Positions 59,071 to 64,000 of a DNA stretch of 64,000 bases are shown here, piece by piece. How positions within the stretch are numbered: position 1 is the first letter of the stretch; each line of letters starts with the position of its first letter. Origin of the DNA: Candidatus Heimdallarchaeota archaeon (GTDB taxonomy: Archaea > Asgardarchaeota > Heimdallarchaeia > Heimdallarchaeales > Heimdallarchaeaceae); NCBI GenBank assembly GCA_030608385.1, contig JAUWEG010000001.1:23479-87478 (forward strand), given 5' to 3'. The position numbers were made by a program, and so were the translations under genes. Below the pieces are notes generated by a model. The model worked only from the letters and a program-made list of their open reading frames with translations, was not told the origin of the DNA and searched no databases.

Positions 59071-60383
59071 TTAATACCCTCCATGTTCTCACTTTGCTTT
59101 TTCACTTTAAACCCATATTCAATTCCATCTTTAATGACATCCGCCATTATCTTTTGATTTCCAACAACAATGTGTAAGTCTATTAATGGTTCTGGAGTTT
59201 CTAGCTTAGCTTTCTCAAGGAAAGCTTTTGCAGCTGCTAAATCAGTTCCAACCATTCGACCATAAACCGGTATCATTCTTTTCTTAGCAATGAATCTATC
59301 TCTTAATGACATAATCAATCCTTGAATGAAGACATCACAACTGGATATCCCCCCAAAACGACTAGTTATGATCAGATCTGTTGCAGGATGATCCATTAGA
59401 AGGTGGAACATATCTGCAACCTTACTTATTGAAGGACCACCACCACTATCCATGAAATTTATGGGAATAACCTTGCCATTGAAATATCGATTTCCAACAT
59501 TAACAATTTCATCTACAGAAAAAATTCCATATCCTGCTCCTCCTGGAACAAGACCTACATACAGTTTTTCTTCATCTTTCATAAAATTCTCTGGATTCTC
59601 AAGTAAATCAATGAACGGAAAGCCTATTTGATATGCTTTTGCTTCAAAAGCTGTTTGCTCTGAAACATCGTGCCTTTTACTTCTGGGATCTATCCCAATT
59701 GATTTCAGCAAAGGTGTTTGCCTGTACAAACTGTTATCATCAAGTACAAATTTCGCATCAGCAGCAATTATATCTCCTTTCTTTGTTACAATTAGGGGGT
59801 TTATTTCACAGATTTTTGCTTCTGCACCCTGAAAAGCCAAATAGAGAGATTCAATAGTTTGTTGAAGTTTTTCACTTACTAGTTGGAGATTTTGATTTTT
59901 ATCTACTAGAAAATCAGTAGCTTTTTTTCCTATTTCAGCATTCAAAGATTTATCATTATTTCTTAGTACTTTCTTCCATATTTCATCTGGTTTAGTTCGA
60001 GCAACTTCTTCAATATCAACACCACCACTTGCAGATGTCACCAATACTATATCAAAAGTTGCAGGATCAGTGGTTATGCACAAGTAGATTTCACTAGCAA
60101 TATCGACTGCTTCCTCAAGTAAAATTTTCTTTATAGGATAACCATGAATTGTTAAGTTCAACATTTCTTTTATGATGCTCTCTGTTTCCTCAATAGTTTC
60201 AGCTTTCTTTATTCCTCCTGCTTTTCCCCTTCCTCCAATCAAAATCATAGCTTTAATCATAATAGGAAATTCTAAAGATATATCTACTAAATCTTCAATA
60301 CGTTCTATTATTGCTATTTGTTTAGGAATTTTAAGGTTAAACTGTTCAAAAATCTGCTTTGCCTCATATTCGTATAATTTCAT
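59067..60383 (-). CDS. aclB: ATP-citrate lyase small subunit (SucC-like ATP-grasp)
   Basis: MKLYEYEAKQIF N-terminus typical of the succinyl-CoA synthetase beta / ACL ATP-grasp subunit. Confidence 0.8.
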   Translation of the reverse strand: MKLYEYEAKQIFEQFNLKIPKQIAIIERIEDLVDISLEFPIMIKAMILIGGRGKAGGIKKAETIEETESIIKEMLNLTIHGYPIKKILLEEAVDIASEIYLCITTDPATFDIVLVTSASGGVDIEEVARTKPDEIWKKVLRNNDKSLNAEIGKKATDFLVDKNQNLQLVSEKLQQTIESLYLAFQGAEAKICEINPLIVTKKGDIIAADAKFVLDDNSLYRQTPLLKSIGIDPRSKRHDVSEQTAFEAKAYQIGFPFIDLLENPENFMKDEEKLYVGLVPGGAGYGIFSVDEIVNVGNRYFNGKVIPINFMDSGGGPSISKVADMFHLLMDHPATDLIITSRFGGISSCDVFIQGLIMSLRDRFIAKKRMIPVYGRMVGTDLAAAKAFLEKAKLETPEPLIDLHIVVGNQKIMADVIKDGIEYGFKVKKQSENMEGIK

Positions 60384-60393
60384 TTTTATCCCT

Positions 60394-62253
60394 CTAGTTT
60401 GAATATTGTTTTTGATAATATTTGATAAGCCCTCCAGCTGTAAATATTTCTAGTAATTCACTTGGTAGTTTTGGGAAAGAATAAACTTGACTTCCATTTG
60501 TAATTTGGCCTTTTTCTAAGTCAACTGTTGTTTGCTGATTTCTATCAAATTTATCAATGAACTCTTGATGTACAATGATTGGTAATCCCTGATTAATTGC
60601 AGATCTATAAAAGATTCGAGATACTGATTTTACAATAACAGCTTTAACACCTGCAGCTGCAAGCCCTACGGCTGGATGTTCTCTTGATGATCCACATCCA
60701 AAATTTTCTCCACCTATTACAATATCCCCTTCCTTAACTCTAGCTGCAAAAGTTTCATCTAAGCCTTTGAATAGATGTGGAACTATTTTATCCCCCTCTG
60801 AAGACTTAATGTCGTATGTAAGATCTCCAGCAAACATCTGATCTGTGTTGAAATCATCAACATCACTATAATCCCAAACATACATGCTGTATCTATCGTC
60901 TTTAGAGTCTATTTCAAGGGTTTTAGTTTCTACATCTCTATATTGTAGCACTATTTCAGTTTCCTCTCTTATGGCTCCAGATGACAGATATTTTCTGGGG
61001 TCTGTAATTTTTCCTTCAATTGCAGAAGCTGTTATTGTAGCTGGAGATGCTAAAAATATACGTGTATTTTTATTCCCCATTCTTCCCAGAAAATTCCTGT
61101 TTGCAGTAGATAAAACATTCCAATCGTCAGCTGGTATTCCTTGTCCCTTGCCTAAGCAAGGACCACAACTGCATGAAAGTATTGTTGCCCCTGCTTCAAC
61201 AAGTGTTTGAATAACTCCCCTCTCTAAAGCTTCAAGATAGATTTTGTTTGAAGCTGGAGCTACAAGAAATATTACCCCATTTTTCACTTTTTTATCTTTG
61301 ATTATTTTCGCAGCAATTTCTAAATCATCTAATCTGGCATTTGTACAAGTTCCAAGAAAAGCTTGATGAATGGGGGTTTCTTCTAGTTTTTTGGCAAATT
61401 GTGTATTATCTACTTGATGTGGAACCGCAACTAAAGGTTCCAATTTGCTTAAATCTAGAATGATTTCTCTGTTAAAAATTGCATCTTTGTCTGACCAGAA
61501 TGGTTTTTCTTGCGGACTTCCAAATGAATGATGCTTTTCCTTTAACCAATTAATTAAGACTTTATCATGTGGAAAAATAGCTGTTTTAGCACCCATCTCT
61601 GAAGCTAGGTTTGCTAGTGTCATTCTTTCAGATATAGATAAATTTTCTACGCCTTTTCCATGAAACTCAATCGCATAATATGTTGCCCCTGCAGCACCTA
61701 TTTTATTCATTAGCCATAAAGCAATATCCTTTGCATAAACACCCAAAGGCAATTTTCCATTTAGAACAATTTTAATTGTTTCAGGAACTCTAAACCAAGT
61801 CTTTCCTGTTAACCACAATCCTGCTGTTTCTGTTCTATCAATTCCTGCTGCAAATGTTGCAAATGCACCACTTGTGCATGTATGAGAATCTGACCCAACA
61901 ATGAGCATATTGGGTGAAGCATGGTTGGACATCAATTGGTGGCAGATTCCCTTCCCTTCATCATAGAAATTAGTGATATTCTGCTTTTTAACTAACTCTC
62001 TTATACTTTTATGATCATTTGCTATCTTAGCACTCGTTGGAGGGGAATCATGATCCAAGACAATTACAAGACGTTCAGGAAATTTGATTTTTGTTCCACC
62101 CATTTTTTGAAAAGTTTTTTCTATTGATGCTGAATTGTCGTGTGACAAAATTAAATCAGGTTCTGCATAAACTATATCGCCAGCTTTCACATCTGTATTT
62201 GACTTAAACGAAAAGAGTTTTTCTGAAAATGTTTTACCATTCATATATCCCAC
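60394..62253 (-). CDS. aconitase-family dehydratase, fused large (LeuC-like) and small (LeuD-like) subunits
   Basis: GSDSHTCTSGAFATFA, GTCTNARLDD and SCSCGPC Fe-S ligand blocks in the first roughly 420 aa. A LeuD-like swivel domain (GENFGCGSSREH) in the last roughly 190 aa. Confidence 0.75.
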   Translation of the reverse strand: MGYMNGKTFSEKLFSFKSNTDVKAGDIVYAEPDLILSHDNSASIEKTFQKMGGTKIKFPERLVIVLDHDSPPTSAKIANDHKSIRELVKKQNITNFYDEGKGICHQLMSNHASPNMLIVGSDSHTCTSGAFATFAAGIDRTETAGLWLTGKTWFRVPETIKIVLNGKLPLGVYAKDIALWLMNKIGAAGATYYAIEFHGKGVENLSISERMTLANLASEMGAKTAIFPHDKVLINWLKEKHHSFGSPQEKPFWSDKDAIFNREIILDLSKLEPLVAVPHQVDNTQFAKKLEETPIHQAFLGTCTNARLDDLEIAAKIIKDKKVKNGVIFLVAPASNKIYLEALERGVIQTLVEAGATILSCSCGPCLGKGQGIPADDWNVLSTANRNFLGRMGNKNTRIFLASPATITASAIEGKITDPRKYLSSGAIREETEIVLQYRDVETKTLEIDSKDDRYSMYVWDYSDVDDFNTDQMFAGDLTYDIKSSEGDKIVPHLFKGLDETFAARVKEGDIVIGGENFGCGSSREHPAVGLAAAGVKAVIVKSVSRIFYRSAINQGLPIIVHQEFIDKFDRNQQTTVDLEKGQITNGSQVYSFPKLPSELLEIFTAGGLIKYYQKQYSN

Positions 62254-62256
62254 TTT

Positions 62257-62763
62257 TTACATTATTTCTCCAAGTTTTAAAAGACCACCAGCTTTTATTA
62301 TATCTAATACTGGTTGAGGTATTTTAACGCATTTAATGGTCTCCCCATTATTTTGGTTGATAATTAATGATTGAGTTATGTCTATTTCTAGATCATCATC
62401 TTCTTTAACCTTGAATTCAGATATTCCTGGTACTTCAACAAGGAGTAAACCTGAATTTACAGAATTACTATAATAAATTGGTCCAAAAGATTCACCAACT
62501 ATTGCTGTGATTCCATGAGCTATAAATCCTGTTACAGCTTGTTGTCTTGTGGATCCTTTACCGAAATTTTTACCAACCAATAATATTTTCCCAACATTGT
62601 CTTCCTTTCCAAAACTCTTATACCCTTCAAGATTTCCGAAAATATGCGGTTTTATTTCATTGGGGTCATGAATTGTTAGTAAGGATTGATGAAATATTTG
62701 GTCGGTATCAACGTCATCTACTATGACTAGCTTTGCTTTTGCTTTGATTGTTTCTTTGCTCAT
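62257..62763 (-). CDS. 3-isopropylmalate/homoaconitate dehydratase small subunit (LeuD-like)
   Basis: GKNFGKGSTRQQA block. 168 aa. 4-nt overlap with the upstream large subunit. Confidence 0.8.
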   Translation of the reverse strand: MSKETIKAKAKLVIVDDVDTDQIFHQSLLTIHDPNEIKPHIFGNLEGYKSFGKEDNVGKILLVGKNFGKGSTRQQAVTGFIAHGITAIVGESFGPIYYSNSVNSGLLLVEVPGISEFKVKEDDDLEIDITQSLIINQNNGETIKCVKIPQPVLDIIKAGGLLKLGEIM

Positions 62764-64000
62764 CTCTTAACCACCTCTTTAGGAGCAGCAATTTTTCCTT
62801 CAATTGCTGTAGCTGCGGCTACTACAGGACTAGCTAAATAAACATCCGCGGGACCAATTTTGCCTTGGGTGTTTCTGTTTCCTGTTGTTAAAGTTACAGC
62901 TGTTTCACCCCCGGTTAAGCCATATTGTCCATTTGCGCAGGTTGAACAACCTGCACCAAAGAAGTTTCCACCAGATTCTAGAATTATTGTCATATCGCCA
63001 TTTAGATTGATTGAAACGAAATCCTCTCTAGTAGCAGGAACTATTCCAAATCTCACATCTGGGTTGATTTTGTGTCCCTTTAGTATCTTTGCAACATCAT
63101 GAATATCAGCTGAACTTCCATTTGTACAAGAACCAATAATAATAGAATTTATGGGAGTACCAATTACTTCCTCAATTTTTTTGACATTATGTGGATGTGG
63201 AGGACATGCGATGTATTGGCCTAAATCTTGAATATCTAAGACTAGTTCTGAGACGTATCTTGCATCTTCATCAGCGGATAACATTTCTATCTCGATTCCA
63301 ATCTCGGAGTAATAATCAGCTGTAATTTTATCATCAGGTACAAATCCAATAACGCCTGAAGCTTCTGTAATCAGAGAACATAAAGTGACTCTTTCTTCAA
63401 TTGATAGCTTGTCAATAATCTCACCATAGAATTCAACAGCTTTTCCTGTAATTCCATATTCATGAAGTTCTTTAAGAACATAAAGAGCTAAATCTTTTGC
63501 TGTTGTTGGCCACTCATAATCTCCCTTTAAGATAACTTTTACAGTTTCAGGAATTTTTATCCATGATTTTCCTGTTTTTAAAGCAAAAGCAAGCATGACA
63601 TCTCCTGCTCCTTGCCCTAAGATTCCTAAAGCTCCAAGAATATTATAATGGCTATCAGCTCCAATAGCTATATCTCCTGGTTTTGAAAAACCTCTTCGAA
63701 ACAATAGATGAGAACCTATACCTGATCCGAGATCAGTTACCTTGATTCCATGTTCTTTGGCAAATACACGAATTTTTTCTTGATCTTTAGCATGTTTTGG
63801 ATCATTGCCATAAGGATAACAGTCTGGAGTAAAGATAATTTTTTCATTGTTGAATGTTTTAGAACCAGTATAATTTTTTTGAAATAGATCTATGACTTGA
63901 GGTCCTGCATAATCTCTTGCCGTAACCAAATCAAGATTAACCCATACTATGTTGTTTGGATAAATCTCATCATCTGAAACATCTGTACGATTTCTAATGA
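62760..64000 (-). CDS. aconitase-family dehydratase large subunit (LeuC-like), 5' end truncated by the window edge
   Basis: GADSHYNILGA, GSCTNGSSAD and GAGCSTCANG ligand blocks. The reading frame stays open upstream of the track's TTG start all the way to position 64000, and the upstream residues (IVWVNLDLVTARDYAGP) match the LeuC N-terminal region. The gene therefore starts beyond the window. Confidence 0.8.
   Translation of the reverse strand, partial: IRNRTDVSDDEIYPNNIVWVNLDLVTARDYAGPQVIDLFQKNYTGSKTFNNEKIIFTPDCYPYGNDPKHAKDQEKIRVFAKEHGIKVTDLGSGIGSHLLFRRGFSKPGDIAIGADSHYNILGALGILGQGAGDVMLAFALKTGKSWIKIPETVKVILKGDYEWPTTAKDLALYVLKELHEYGITGKAVEFYGEIIDKLSIEERVTLCSLITEASGVIGFVPDDKITADYYSEIGIEIEMLSADEDARYVSELVLDIQDLGQYIACPPHPHNVKKIEEVIGTPINSIIIGSCTNGSSADIHDVAKILKGHKINPDVRFGIVPATREDFVSINLNGDMTIILESGGNFFGAGCSTCANGQYGLTGGETAVTLTTGNRNTQGKIGPADVYLASPVVAAATAIEGKIAAPKEVVKR

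Overview
AT-rich (roughly one-third GC) archaeal chromosomal segment, densely coding on both strands. The core is a fragmented version of the universal archaeal ribosomal-protein supercluster. One block (uL22-uS3-uL29-RNase P Rpp29) sits on the minus strand, divergent from uS17-uL14-uL24-eS4-uL5-uS14-uS8-uL6 / eL32-eL19-uL18-uS5-uL30-uL15 on the plus strand. A second inverted block (SecY ... DUF106-eL34-cmk-eL14-cbf5) lies on the minus strand. These are followed by tRNA-Ser(GGA) and uS13-uS4-uS11. Other informational genes are Hef helicase/nuclease, a class I aaRS (ValRS-like), family B DNA polymerase, RadA, NOL1/NOP2/Sun and Trm5/TYW2 methyltransferases, and a complete preQ0/archaeosine precursor cluster (folE2, queD, queE, queC). 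Metabolic genes include an operon leuC-leuD-fused leuCD-aclB-aclA (ATP-citrate lyase plus two aconitase-family dehydratase sets), 3-hydroxyacyl-CoA dehydrogenase, a CobA-type corrinoid adenosyltransferase, and a small fatty-acid-related island (acyl-ACP thioesterase, DegV, MBL hydrolase, AAA ATPase). Mixed with these are eukaryote-signature genes: a Ras-superfamily small GTPase, a catalytic-Cys E2 ubiquitin-conjugating enzyme with candidate ubiquitin-like partners, an eight-finger C2H2 zinc-finger protein inside an island flanked by 30-nt direct repeats of the rps11 3' end, and a possible gelsolin-like domain protein. Several ribosomal proteins carry long charged low-complexity tails, and uS4 is fused to a tandem HhH domain. 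The combination suggests an Asgard-type (Lokiarchaeia-like) archaeon. This lineage assignment is inference from gene content, not a database result.
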